Source of the DNA: Escherichia phage HY126
Reading direction: 5' to 3' (one strand)
DNA length: 64,000 bases
Sequence record: PP658200.1
In this document: positions 18,173 to 27,173 of the stretch, in pieces
Layout of the letters: every line of letters begins with the position of its first letter
Position numbering within the stretch: the first letter of the stretch is position 1
Translations under genes and position numbers: made by a program
Notes under the pieces: model-generated
Database searches by the model: none
What the model was told of the DNA's origin: nothing
What the model saw: the letters and a program-made list of their open reading frames with translations, nothing else

Positions 18173-18713
18173 ATAAAAAATCCAAACTAGGCGAATCGCT
18201 AACAACTTCCTTCTTTTCAGCCCCAGGAGCTTTATAAGCGGATTCTTCATAATGCGTCATTTTATCGTAGATGTCTTGAATAAACGTTTCATCTACCAAC
18301 GCTACCATATCATCGTCATGACTGTCGTAGACGTTATGAACGAAGTAACTATATTTCTTTGCAACTTCCTTACGCTCTTTTTTGATACGTTGGACAAAAG
18401 CATTAAAACAAGCTCGAGTTATGTATGCATGTGGGTTATTGTACTTAGTTTCGTCGAAATTATGAAGTCCCTTAATAGAGGCTTCAATCCCATCTGCAAT
18501 CATCTCCTGCTTCCAAGACTGGGTATATCCTGAAAAGTTGAAACGTTTGGACAGGCCTTCGGCGATAAGCATAATTGCTAAACCGATGGTATCATTCTGA
18601 CGAATAATTTTGTTTGGGTCTTTATTATTTAAGAGCTCCTTTTTCCACTCGATTATAGCGGCGAGAAGCTCTTTATTATTCACATAGTTATTTTTAGGTT
18701 TTTGTTCAGTCAT
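18156..18713 (-). CDS. 55: Late sigma factor
   Basis: ORF track 185 aa; near-identical to T4 gp55 (NYVNNKELL...[33 protein letters not shown]). Confidence 0.95.
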   Translation of the reverse strand: MTEQKPKNNYVNNKELLAAIIEWKKELLNNKDPNKIIRQNDTIGLAIMLIAEGLSKRFNFSGYTQSWKQEMIADGIEASIKGLHNFDETKYNNPHAYITRACFNAFVQRIKKERKEVAKKYSYFVHNVYDSHDDDMVALVDETFIQDIYDKMTHYEESAYKAPGAEKKEVVSDSPSLDFLYEDDN

Positions 18714-18734
18714 AAGTACCTCTTAGCTCAATTC

Positions 18735-18769
18735 ATAGGTCTATTATATCATAATATTTAGAGACCTAT
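18735..18769 (-). promoter_or_regulatory. Hairpin-embedded -10 element upstream of gene 55
   Basis: Inverted repeat ATAGGTCT/AGACCTAT flanking TATAAT (minus sense), followed by AAGAGG SD and gene 55 ATG. Confidence 0.4.
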
Positions 18770-18785
18770 CTTAAAGCACGAGATA

Positions 18786-19055
18786 CTATCGGAGCAAACA
18801 ATAAGCCTGAAACACTTTTTCCATTAAACGTTTGAACTCATGGATATCGATATAAAGCTCAGTAAGACCGGCATTATAAAGAAAATCTAAAAAGTTCTCA
18901 TGTGTTTCGTTATAGTCGCCTTCGTTTAATTGAGACACATGAGTTTCCCAAAAACCAACACCTTTAACGAATGGAAAATACGTGACTTTCATGTATTCGT
19001 CAACATAAAATTCGCCCAGCTTTTCTTCAGTTATACTGATTCGAGTTAATTTCAT
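18786..19055 (-). CDS. Hypothetical protein
   Basis: ORF track 89 aa. Confidence 0.5.
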   Translation of the reverse strand: MKLTRISITEEKLGEFYVDEYMKVTYFPFVKGVGFWETHVSQLNEGDYNETHENFLDFLYNAGLTELYIDIHEFKRLMEKVFQAYCLLR

Positions 19056-19279
19056 TCTAGTTCCTTTGCTGCTTCAAGAGCAGCATCTAACGAATCAAAT
19101 TGGTCAACGAAATCGATATTCAACGCATCGTCAGCCGTAGCATATAGCCACCATTGTTTGAATTCATATTCTAGGATAAATCCAAGCCCTTCAATCTGAG
19201 AAAGACCTAGACTATTTGTACCAACTTCGTAACCGGCTAGACGCAGGTCATTAATCAAAGTTTCTGTTAATACGCTCAT
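19052..19279 (-). CDS. Hypothetical acidic protein
   Basis: ORF track 75 aa; overlapping start/stop with neighbours. Confidence 0.5.
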   Translation of the reverse strand: MSVLTETLINDLRLAGYEVGTNSLGLSQIEGLGFILEYEFKQWWLYATADDALNIDFVDQFDSLDAALEAAKELE

Positions 19280-19608
19280 TTTACCGCCTTAACAATTTTC
19301 AGGTCAACGAATTTTTTCTTACGTTGATTTTTCATACGACGGATAGTCTTTTCAGAGATTTCATGTTTCTGATAAGCTTTAGATTCAACACCAAATGCAG
19401 CAACGTCAAATTCAGAAAGAATATATTGTACTAGAATTTCACGAATAGAATTACGTCCAATTTTCTGGTCGTGTTTTTGCATGATTTCATAAAGACGGAA
19501 TTCCCATGCGTCAAGAACTTGAGGAGTAACAATATTGCCGGATTCCAGAAGAGCAACAACTTTATCGAAAGCGAAAGAATTAACTACGTTTTTGATTTTA
19601 GTAGACAT
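19276..19608 (-). CDS. Hypothetical protein
   Basis: Track ORF trimmed to ATG 19608 (GAGGAAAATAAT-ATG) downstream of promoter cassette. Confidence 0.5.
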   Translation of the reverse strand: MSTKIKNVVNSFAFDKVVALLESGNIVTPQVLDAWEFRLYEIMQKHDQKIGRNSIREILVQYILSEFDVAAFGVESKAYQKHEISEKTIRRMKNQRKKKFVDLKIVKAVK

Positions 19609-19645
19609 ATTATTTTCCTCGGTTATTTTATTATCCAATGATAGA

Positions 19646-19674
19646 ATTATACTCTGCTCTCAAGAGTTTATATA
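19646..19674 (-). promoter_or_regulatory. Early-type promoter cassette (degenerate -35, TATAAT)
   Basis: Near-identical copy of the 50061..50095 cassette (CTCTTGAGAGCAGAG-TATAAT) but with the -35 degraded to TATAAA. Confidence 0.4.
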
Positions 19675-19914
19675 CTATTTTTTAAGCATGAAAAGTAAGT
19701 AATTTGTATCACGTGGAGTAATATCAACACCCATATCAAAGATGCCTTTATAGATTGGGTATTTGTTTTCGGTTGTATCGAAGCTGAAACTATTTCCATC
19801 ACAACTAACAGTAATAGCATCTGTTAAAATGTCATACTCAATCCTAACAATTGAATCCCCAATTTTAACGTCGAGGTGTTTTTTGAATTTGATAAAATCT
19901 AATTCTTGGGCCAT
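19675..19914 (-). CDS. Hypothetical protein
   Basis: ORF track 79 aa. Confidence 0.5.
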   Translation of the reverse strand: MAQELDFIKFKKHLDVKIGDSIVRIEYDILTDAITVSCDGNSFSFDTTENKYPIYKGIFDMGVDITPRDTNYLLFMLKK

Positions 19915-19936
19915 GATATTTTCCTCATTTTAAGAC

Positions 19937-19975
19937 GATAGGAAGATAATAACATGTCTTCCTATCGTTGTACAT
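19937..19975 (-). promoter_or_regulatory. Promoter/stem-loop cassette
   Basis: Minus sense TGTACA-17-TATTAT with inverted repeat ATAGGAAGA/TCTTCCTAT flanking the -10; GAGG SD and ATG follow. Confidence 0.45.
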
Positions 19976-19977
19976 TA

Positions 19978-20190
19978 TTAACCGAACTTTTTAGCGCCTT
20001 TCCAGCCTTCATACATAGCTGCGCAAGTCAATAGCACAGCGTGTTGGCATTCTTTGTATTTGTAAATCCAGAACCAACGTAAAAAGTCTTCGTCCTCAAC
20101 ACCGTTGAGTTTCATATTGGCAAAGAATTCGGCACGTTCTTCACGAAGTTGCCATGACACAATATTTTCAGGATTCATTTTGTGTTCCAC
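19978..20190 (-). CDS. Hypothetical protein
   Basis: ORF track 70 aa. Confidence 0.5.
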   Translation of the reverse strand: MEHKMNPENIVSWQLREERAEFFANMKLNGVEDEDFLRWFWIYKYKECQHAVLLTCAAMYEGWKGAKKFG

Positions 20191-20309
20191 GCCCCATTTT
20201 CATCGATGAACTTAATCCAGTCATTTACGGACCATTTAGTTGTATCACCCTTTGGATTAACATTTAAAGTATATAATCCCTGCTTAAAAAGCATTCGTTT
20301 GATATTCAT
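20175..20309 (-). CDS. Hypothetical small protein
   Basis: Track ORF 20175..20402 trimmed to ATG 20309 (GAGG SD) to avoid overlap with 20317..20610. Confidence 0.35.
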   Translation of the reverse strand: MNIKRMLFKQGLYTLNVNPKGDTTKWSVNDWIKFIDENGAWNTK

Positions 20310-20316
20310 AATTTCC

Positions 20317-20610
20317 TCAACTGTAACGATAACATTCATTAGCTTTACGTTTGGCTTCAGTATGAGAAGTATTATAATCATAATCTTCTTTACTGTAAAC
20401 ATCTTTTTTCAACTTACGAACTTCTTTGCGGAGTTGTCGATTCATTTCGTTCTTGACTTCAGAATCAACGCCTTTCATACGTTTCCATTTATCTGAGCGG
20501 AATATGTTTTCAACCATGTCTTTGTGGCTAACACCGTCAGGAGCTTTACGTTTACCAAAATAGTCATAATCACGAACTTTCAAATCTTTACGACGATACG
20601 TTTTACCCAT
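20317..20610 (-). CDS. Hypothetical basic protein
   Basis: Track ORF trimmed to ATG 20610 preceded by GAGG. Confidence 0.45.
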   Translation of the reverse strand: MGKTYRRKDLKVRDYDYFGKRKAPDGVSHKDMVENIFRSDKWKRMKGVDSEVKNEMNRQLRKEVRKLKKDVYSKEDYDYNTSHTEAKRKANECYRYS

Positions 20611-20617
20611 AAGTACC

Positions 20618-20866
20618 TCAGAGGTTGATTGATACAATACGTTTGATAAAATTCACTTCACTTACTGAAAGGTCTTTAAGACCGATTGATTCTAAACGCT
20701 GAGTAAGAGTCAACATTGGGATATAGTCCCATTGTGTTTTAGACGTTTGATAAGTACGGACGCCATTAGCAATTTCAACATGCAAATCGGAAATGGTAAC
20801 GAATACTGGACGTTCGTTGTTTACATTAAGAGTTAGAACAACTTTCTTTGAATCTAAACTAATCAT
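20618..20866 (-). CDS. Hypothetical protein
   Basis: ORF track 82 aa. Confidence 0.5.
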   Translation of the reverse strand: MISLDSKKVVLTLNVNNERPVFVTISDLHVEIANGVRTYQTSKTQWDYIPMLTLTQRLESIGLKDLSVSEVNFIKRIVSINL

Positions 20867-21165
20867 GGCTTAATTTCCTTCGCAATTGAACAGAAGATAC
20901 CACGGTCACAAAGCATTTCACCAATTTCTGGATATTTGATTGAACGGTACCAAACATCCAGGCTTGAAACTCTGGTTATCTGTATTGCATTACCATTGAC
21001 AGAATAGTACTGGTCGACCTTAATTTCTTTATCTTCAATTGTCATTTTATTTTCCTCTATAGTAGATGGTTTAATCTTAACACATCTATTGAGGATGTAA
21101 ACTGTTTTATGAAAATATTTTCGATTTGAGAGGGGCACAAGGAGATAGTGAAGTGAAGATTCCAA
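20863..21165 (-). CDS. Hypothetical protein
   Basis: ORF track 100 aa. Confidence 0.5.
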   Translation of the reverse strand: MESSLHYLLVPLSNRKYFHKTVYILNRCVKIKPSTIEENKMTIEDKEIKVDQYYSVNGNAIQITRVSSLDVWYRSIKYPEIGEMLCDRGIFCSIAKEIKP

Positions 21166-21210
21166 TGGATTATATTAGAAATGAGATAAAGAAGACCAGG
21201 CGGCACCTGG

Positions 21211-21534
21211 TCAATCTTCTATGATATCAGAGTCGTATCCTAATGAAATCAAGGACTTTTTAAACTCTGCAATATTCTTTTGTTTCTTATCATTTAAAAA
21301 TATGACAGGATAACGAATATTAAGTGAAGTGAATCCTGCACGTTTAGCAAGAGATACGATTAAAGGACGGTCATATTCAATCTTACCATTATTAGTGAGG
21401 ACTTTATAAAATGTATAAGGAGCATTGAGCTCCTTTAAAAGTTTTGTAACAGTATAACATCCCGGACAACGTCCTACTTCTTCAGGGATGCCATAAATTT
21501 CAATCTTGTTCTTTAAGTTCGAGTTTTGTTCCAC
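21211..21534 (-). CDS. Glutaredoxin-like protein (NrdH-like)
   Basis: IEIYGIPEEVGRCPGCYTVTKLL with CPGC redox motif; N-terminus of track ORF overlaps upstream gene, so start placed at GTG 21534 (uncertain). Confidence 0.5.
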   Translation of the reverse strand: MEQNSNLKNKIEIYGIPEEVGRCPGCYTVTKLLKELNAPYTFYKVLTNNGKIEYDRPLIVSLAKRAGFTSLNIRYPVIFLNDKKQKNIAEFKKSLISLGYDSDIIED

Positions 21535-21817
21535 GAGAAATAATTCCTTGGTAAGCCCAATAAGGAGGATTAACAGAATCCTCGCCAGAGTTTTCTTCAG
21601 GAAAATAAACCTGGATAACAAATCCAGATGCATCAAAGGTAAAATAAACCGTAGGCAGTTCACCTAACAATTCGGCGCGAGCATTAATTTCTTCGAGATC
21701 TCGTTCACGTCCAGCCCAAAAACTAGGATTTAGACTACATTCATAGAAATAATAGTCATTACCGAACATATCAAAACCTTTCCAATTCTCTACCACATAC
21801 CGCTCAAAACTAATCAT
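21500..21817 (-). CDS. Hypothetical protein
   Basis: ORF track 105 aa. Confidence 0.45.
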   Translation of the reverse strand: MISFERYVVENWKGFDMFGNDYYFYECSLNPSFWAGRERDLEEINARAELLGELPTVYFTFDASGFVIQVYFPEENSGEDSVNPPYWAYQGIISRGTKLELKEQD

Positions 21818-21819
21818 AA

Positions 21820-22059
21820 TTAAGCCTTTTTATCAAGAACAGAATTCAGTTTATTAGTAATTTTGTCCAAACGTTCATTGAATTCGCTGGAGGATAAACC
21901 CTTTTCCGGAGAAATTAAACTAATCACGAAAAATACACCAGTAAAAGGAATAAGAAAAATAGCTCCAACTGCCATAAACAAAAAGAACGTTACAGTTGTA
22001 AGAAAATCAGCTAAACCTTTACGAAATTTATACATATTTACCCTTAATTGATTAACCAA
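21820..22059 (-). CDS. Small membrane protein
   Basis: ORF track 79 aa; hydrophobic stretch FLFMAVGAIFLIPFTGVFFVISLI. Confidence 0.5.
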   Translation of the reverse strand: MVNQLRVNMYKFRKGLADFLTTVTFFLFMAVGAIFLIPFTGVFFVISLISPEKGLSSSEFNERLDKITNKLNSVLDKKA

Positions 22060-22149
22060 ACATTGATAAACACTAAACTATATTGCGAATAAAATTCTGG
22101 ACCAAAACGAAAAATCATATCATTTATAGTATCCATAGTGTAATTCAAT

Positions 22150-22620
22150 TTAATCATGTTTCCACACCCCATCGGTATTTGACCAAAGTCGCTGATTATC
22201 TGATCCTCGCCACAGTTTTTTGGTCGGAAGATTTTTCTCATACTTCCCATCAATAATAACATCAACATATTTAAGCATTTCTAGTTGTTTAATATCTTCA
22301 AACTTGTACCCTGTCCACAACCAAATGCTTTTATTGGGATAAAGATTTTTTACTGTTTGAGCAATGCAATGAACAACATCTCTGTTATCAGGATAAAGAG
22401 GGTCTCCTCCAGTTATAGTTAATCCTTCTATATAATCATTATTCAAACATTCAATTAATTGCTCTAGTGTTTCACCAGTGAATGGAACGCCATTTCTAGC
22501 ATTCCACGTTGATTTATTATAACACCCTTCGCATTTATGCAAACAACCTGTAACGAAAAGAACGACCCTGCATCCAGGGCCATTCACAAAATCACAGGGA
22601 TAAAATCTATCATAATTCAT
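22150..22620 (-). CDS. nrdG: Anaerobic ribonucleotide reductase activating protein (radical SAM)
   Basis: ORF track 156 aa; CLHKCEGC cluster. Confidence 0.9.
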   Translation of the reverse strand: MNYDRFYPCDFVNGPGCRVVLFVTGCLHKCEGCYNKSTWNARNGVPFTGETLEQLIECLNNDYIEGLTITGGDPLYPDNRDVVHCIAQTVKNLYPNKSIWLWTGYKFEDIKQLEMLKYVDVIIDGKYEKNLPTKKLWRGSDNQRLWSNTDGVWKHD

Positions 22621-24434
22621 TGGTGTTTAACCCTATGCATGATTTCTTTATTTTTGCCGAGATTAAATCCGCGTTCGTTAGGATTTCCCAAATAACCACA
22701 AGTTCTTCTTATTGTGTTCATCTTTTTAGGGTCAGTTTCTCCACAAATAGAACAAACAAATCCGTTTTCAGTAGGAGTCATTTCATGGGTACTTCCACAT
22801 GTAAAACATTTATCTACTGGCATATTAACACCAAAATAATCTAAATGTTGTGCAGCATAATCCCACACGGCCTCAAGACCTTTTAGGTTATTTTTCATAT
22901 CAGGAAGTTCAACATAAGAAATGTGACCGCCTGTCGCAATGAAATGATATGGGGCTTCGCGAGAAATCTTTTCAAACGGAGTAATATTTTCTTCTACTGA
23001 AACATGGAAACTATTAGTGTACCAGCCTTTATCAGTAACATCTTTTACACTTCCATATTTTTCGGTATCAAGTTTACAGAAGCGATAACAAAGGTTTTCA
23101 GCAGGAGTAGAATACAAACTAAAAGCAAAACCAGTTCTTTCAGTCCACTGCTTAAGACGAGCATTCATTTTAGTCAAAATTTCTTGCCCAATATCACGAC
23201 CGACAAGAATATTCAATTCGTGAATACCAATGTATCCTAAGGACACTGAACTTCTGCCGTTTTTAAATAACTCAATTATATCGTCATCAGGTTTAAGACG
23301 AACCCCGAATGCACCTTCTTGGTAAAGAATAGGAGCAACAGTAGCTTTAACTCCTTTTAAGGAACTAATTCTACACATCAATGCTTCAAAACATAAATCC
23401 ATTCGCTCATTGAATAATTCAGTAAATTTCTGTTCATTGAACTGTGTTCCAATATAAGAATCTAGCGCAATACGAGGAAGATTCAGTGTTACAACACCAA
23501 GATTATTACGTCCATCAAGAATTTCATTACCAGTCGAATCTTTCCATACGCTCAAGAAACTACGGCAGCCCATTGGAGAAACTGGAACTGAAGAACCGGT
23601 GATAGCTTTATTATTCTTAACTGAAATAATATCAGGATACATTCTTTTGCTTGCACATTCTAAAGCAAGCTGCTTAATATCATAATTCGGATCGTCTTTA
23701 TAAAGATTAACACCTTCTTCAACGAACATAACAAGTTTAGGGAAAATAGGAGTTATCCCATCACGACCGAGACCTTTAATACGTTTTTTCAGAATTGCTT
23801 TCTGAATCATTCGTTCAGTCCAGTCAGTTCCCGTGCCAAATGTAATTGTTACAAAAGGCGTTTGCCCGTTTGAACTAAAGAGAGTATTTACTTCATACTC
23901 ATAAGCTTGGAATGCATCGTATACGTCTTTTTCTGTTTTAGATTGAGCATAATTCGGTGCATCGGTGATTTGCCATTTTTCTGCATCCTCGATATGTTTT
24001 GCATAGGTGCGTTTAACATAAGGAGAAAGTACTTTATCTACATTCGCAAAAGTCGTTCCACCATATTGATGAGAAGCAACTTGTGCAGTAATTTGCGCCA
24101 TAATTGCAGTAGCAACACCAATTGATTTAGGTGTTTCGATCTGCGCATTACCAAGCTTAAACCCGTTCTCAAGCATTCCTTTTAAATCTACTAAACAGCA
24201 ATTAGTAAATGGAAGAGCAGGGGAATAATCAATATCATGAAAATGGATAATTCCACTTTCATGCGCTTTCATAATAAAAGACGGGACCATATTTTTGGCA
24301 ATGTGCTTAGACACAATACCAGCCATAAGGTCCCGTTGAGTTGGAAAAACACGAGAATCTTTATTAGCATTCTCGTTCAAAAGATCTTTATTAGTTTTAC
24401 GAATTAATCCTTCAATTTCTTTTTCAATTTTCAT
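22617..24434 (-). CDS. nrdD: Anaerobic ribonucleoside-triphosphate reductase
   Basis: ORF track 605 aa; C-terminal glycyl-radical motif RRTCGYLG; contiguous, no intron. Confidence 0.95.
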   Translation of the reverse strand: MKIEKEIEGLIRKTNKDLLNENANKDSRVFPTQRDLMAGIVSKHIAKNMVPSFIMKAHESGIIHFHDIDYSPALPFTNCCLVDLKGMLENGFKLGNAQIETPKSIGVATAIMAQITAQVASHQYGGTTFANVDKVLSPYVKRTYAKHIEDAEKWQITDAPNYAQSKTEKDVYDAFQAYEYEVNTLFSSNGQTPFVTITFGTGTDWTERMIQKAILKKRIKGLGRDGITPIFPKLVMFVEEGVNLYKDDPNYDIKQLALECASKRMYPDIISVKNNKAITGSSVPVSPMGCRSFLSVWKDSTGNEILDGRNNLGVVTLNLPRIALDSYIGTQFNEQKFTELFNERMDLCFEALMCRISSLKGVKATVAPILYQEGAFGVRLKPDDDIIELFKNGRSSVSLGYIGIHELNILVGRDIGQEILTKMNARLKQWTERTGFAFSLYSTPAENLCYRFCKLDTEKYGSVKDVTDKGWYTNSFHVSVEENITPFEKISREAPYHFIATGGHISYVELPDMKNNLKGLEAVWDYAAQHLDYFGVNMPVDKCFTCGSTHEMTPTENGFVCSICGETDPKKMNTIRRTCGYLGNPNERGFNLGKNKEIMHRVKHQ

Positions 24435-24904
24435 TTTAAACTCTTTCTAAGCTGCTTTTTGAATGAAGCTATTAATTGTGTTTTAGTATCAGATTCATTA
24501 TATTCAAATCCTCTTTGAAGCATCTCGGCCATCATTTCCTCTTTACCTAGTCTTGAGAACTCTTTAGTTTTGTCTGGAACAAAATTAGGATGGATATTAT
24601 TATCAGAATAATCTTGTTTCAAATAAGCAAGAAGAGCTTCAAGCCATTCGAGGTAGTTGACATCACGGCCTTTAAGACCGGAACGGTTGAACTTATGCTT
24701 CATTTGACCTTCTGCTGCGTTGCACAGATTACAGAGTAACCCACGAACTCTACCTGCTTTTGGCCCGTTTAATTCGTGGTCGTGGTCAAGATGGTTACCT
24801 TGAACATCAGGGTCTAATTCACGGTGGCAAATAGGACACTTACCATTCTGTGCATCATAAAATTTTTGTTTTTCTTCTTTGTATAATTTGCCAGATAATA
24901 ACAT
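24431..24904 (-). CDS. 49: Endonuclease VII (Holliday junction resolvase)
   Basis: ORF track 157 aa; near-identical to T4 gp49 (MLLSGKLYKEEKQKFYDAQNGKC...). Confidence 0.95.
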   Translation of the reverse strand: MLLSGKLYKEEKQKFYDAQNGKCPICHRELDPDVQGNHLDHDHELNGPKAGRVRGLLCNLCNAAEGQMKHKFNRSGLKGRDVNYLEWLEALLAYLKQDYSDNNIHPNFVPDKTKEFSRLGKEEMMAEMLQRGFEYNESDTKTQLIASFKKQLRKSLK

Positions 24905-24932
24905 AATAAACCCTTACCATATTAGATAAGGG

Positions 24933-24940
24933 TATTTATA
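24933..24940 (-). promoter_or_regulatory. Late promoter TATAAATA upstream of gene 49
   Basis: Exact TATAAATA on the minus strand about 29 nt upstream of the gene 49 ATG. Confidence 0.55.
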
Positions 24941-24942
24941 AT

Positions 24943-25122
24943 TTAATAAATGTTATAAAAGTCACGATGGAAACGTTTGTATTGGCGAATCATTCTTTTA
25001 GTAGGACGTGTTACCGAAATGATTGAAGTCCTCATGTTCGGATTGTTTGGAGCACCAATTATAACAAATTTCCAAGATTTTTGACCGTTTGTTCTTTCGC
25101 CAAAAAATAATGCAGTTTTCAT
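24943..25122 (-). CDS. 59-aa basic protein, paralog of 25547..25717
   Basis: Hand-translated MKTALFFGERTNGQKSW...VTRPTKRMIRQYKRFHRDFYNIY; shares the RPTKR...R.HR.FY core with the second copy. Below ORF-track cutoff. Confidence 0.45.
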   Translation of the reverse strand: MKTALFFGERTNGQKSWKFVIIGAPNNPNMRTSIISVTRPTKRMIRQYKRFHRDFYNIY

Positions 25123-25131
25123 AATAAGCCC

Positions 25132-25545
25132 TTAACTTAAACGTCTTTCTAAATATTCAATGTATTCCGCTGCGGCTTGCATCAGATTACCTTCATAACC
25201 GTCATTATTTTCTTGGGCGGCTAATTTAGCTAAAGCATAAGAAATACGTTCACCTTCGAATTCGCCAAGTTCACCATCACAAACTACTTGGTCAATTTCT
25301 TCGAGTTCATCTATTGAATGGGATTCCCAGAAGCACCAAAGAGAAGTATCACGGTCATAGATGCAAAGTTTCTCACCTGTGTTCAACATCACTTCGATAA
25401 TGCCATGGTCGCCATAACCATCTTCGGTAGTAGTACCAATTACCTTGATGATCGTATCTTTCTTTAATTCAGGAAACTTATCTTGGAGTTCTTCGTCTTC
25501 TTTAACAATCTTGAACCATTTACCGCGAGTTTCAGAAATATTCAT
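25132..25545 (-). CDS. Hypothetical acidic protein
   Basis: Track ORF trimmed to ATG 25545 (MNISETRGKW...) to abut the upstream small ORF. Confidence 0.5.
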   Translation of the reverse strand: MNISETRGKWFKIVKEDEELQDKFPELKKDTIIKVIGTTTEDGYGDHGIIEVMLNTGEKLCIYDRDTSLWCFWESHSIDELEEIDQVVCDGELGEFEGERISYALAKLAAQENNDGYEGNLMQAAAEYIEYLERRLS

Positions 25546-25546
25546 A

Positions 25547-25717
25547 TCAATATTCTCTATAAAAGTTACGATGGGAACGTTTAGCTTTGCGAAGCTGACG
25601 TTTAGTAGGACGAACTGTAAATGGTTGTCCAGAGAAAAAATTCGGATCGGTTTTAATAAGCAAATACCAATCATGCTTGCCATTTTTTAATAAACGGTAC
25701 AATAATTTAACTTGCAT
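25547..25717 (-). CDS. 56-aa basic protein, paralog of 24943..25122
   Basis: Track ORF trimmed to ATG 25717 (MQVKLLYRLLKNGKHDW...TVRPTKRQLRKAKRSHRNFYREY). Confidence 0.45.
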   Translation of the reverse strand: MQVKLLYRLLKNGKHDWYLLIKTDPNFFSGQPFTVRPTKRQLRKAKRSHRNFYREY

Positions 25718-25845
25718 AATAATCTCTTCCCATTTCCATATCAATTAATTCATTTATTGAAGGTTCATCATAACACGTTTCTTCGTCATTGTAAACTGTT
25801 TCGACGTCTGGCTCGACTGTCTCCCATCGAGCCGAATACCACGGT

Positions 25846-26202
25846 TTAACCCCGGAGTTTATTGAGCTCTTCATAATCAATCCAGGATTCTAGTCCGGAT
25901 GGCAGGTCACATTCAATGTTCCACAGAAGCTCTTCAATGGCTTGCAGGCGATTATATTCTTCAACGGTAATGGTAACCATTGGTGCAACCGGTTCTGCCT
26001 TTTTAACCATCATATCGTTCATCAGGACGTAAAGGTCATCACGAACGACAGTGTCGTTCCAACCCCATGATTTGGCTTCGTAAGCTAATGATGAAGGGAG
26101 CACATTTAAAACTTCAATAATAGTTGGAGCATCAGGACCAAGTTCATTGGCACAAACTTCGTATACATCTTGGAAATCTTTAAGATTTAATGAATATGTC
26201 AT
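25846..26202 (-). CDS. Hypothetical protein
   Basis: ORF track 118 aa. Confidence 0.5.
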   Translation of the reverse strand: MTYSLNLKDFQDVYEVCANELGPDAPTIIEVLNVLPSSLAYEAKSWGWNDTVVRDDLYVLMNDMMVKKAEPVAPMVTITVEEYNRLQAIEELLWNIECDLPSGLESWIDYEELNKLRG

Positions 26203-26462
26203 TTAAAATATTCTCGTAGTTGGTCAAAGCCACCGATCGAAGTTCCATCAGGAGCAAACACTTGAGGCATAGTCAATCCAACTTGTGATTCACGACCAAG
26301 CTTAACCAGAAGCTCAGCAATTTTCTCATCATCGAACACACCTTTTTCTGGCATAACATTAATGAATTCGAATGGTTGTTTCTTAACAGTCAGCAATCGT
26401 TTCGCATTATCGCAATAAATGCATTTATGAATAGTAGAGTCATACCCGTACACTTTAAACAT
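26199..26462 (-). CDS. nrdC: Thioredoxin/glutaredoxin-like protein
   Basis: Near-identical to T4 NrdC from MFKVYGYDS...CIYC; start at sixth codon of track ORF. Confidence 0.9.
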   Translation of the reverse strand: MFKVYGYDSTIHKCIYCDNAKRLLTVKKQPFEFINVMPEKGVFDDEKIAELLVKLGRESQVGLTMPQVFAPDGTSIGGFDQLREYFK

Positions 26463-26868
26463 TATTTTTCCTTTCATCGATTAAATATGCAATGCCAAAT
26501 ACAATACATGTAATAAAACCTGTGATACAGATAGAAACCAACAACACTGTACCAAAGAACCAAATCAAGTTATCTTTAGTAGTTTGTTTGATATCCATCT
26601 CACGAATTTCTATAGCTATCGTATCACCTTTATTCAGAAGCGTATAAAACGATGGCGATACACGCCTGTCAAAAACTCGTCCTTGCTCATCTTTATAGAC
26701 TGCAATAAATTCTAATTTAGAATATTTTCCTGTAGATTGGCCTGAGATTAATTCCACTACCTCCACAGGAATTACTTTAGTTTCCATGTAAGTATTCTGG
26801 CTGTTCCAAATGAATGGAATAATAGCAAAAACTAAAGCTGCGATAAAACAACGAAGGCTATATCTCAT
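26455..26868 (-). CDS. Membrane protein
   Basis: ORF track 137 aa; N- and C-terminal hydrophobic helices. Confidence 0.5.
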   Translation of the reverse strand: MRYSLRCFIAALVFAIIPFIWNSQNTYMETKVIPVEVVELISGQSTGKYSKLEFIAVYKDEQGRVFDRRVSPSFYTLLNKGDTIAIEIREMDIKQTTKDNLIWFFGTVLLVSICITGFITCIVFGIAYLIDERKNNV

Positions 26869-27173
26869 TATAATGTTCTCTCAAATTTGTGGAAGCATTT
26901 ACGGCATTTCAATTTCAAGTTATCAGTGGTCCAGTTAACCAGTTGGACTTGGATAGTTCCACATTCCGGGCACGGATGTTTTGCTGCCGATTTGGCAGCA
27001 TTTTCACGTCGTTCAACCATTTTCATTATTTCGTTCCATGCCGGAGGAACGAACTCTTCTTCACCGTGGATTTTATCTCGCTGAACAAATTCAATCTTTG
27101 AACTATCGTCAATAAACTTAACCAAGCCGTGATTAGTGCTCATATCAATATCCTCTAAAAGACGTAGTTTCAT
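26868..27173 (-). CDS. Zinc-ribbon protein
   Basis: ORF track 101 aa; CPEC...CRKC. Confidence 0.5.
   Translation of the reverse strand: MKLRLLEDIDMSTNHGLVKFIDDSSKIEFVQRDKIHGEEEFVPPAWNEIMKMVERRENAAKSAAKHPCPECGTIQVQLVNWTTDNLKLKCRKCFHKFERTL

Noticed and set aside
22617-24434. Group I intron or split nrdD as in T4
   Set aside because: nrdD is one uninterrupted 605-aa frame including the glycyl-radical motif; no intron-sized gap or endonuclease ORF inside.
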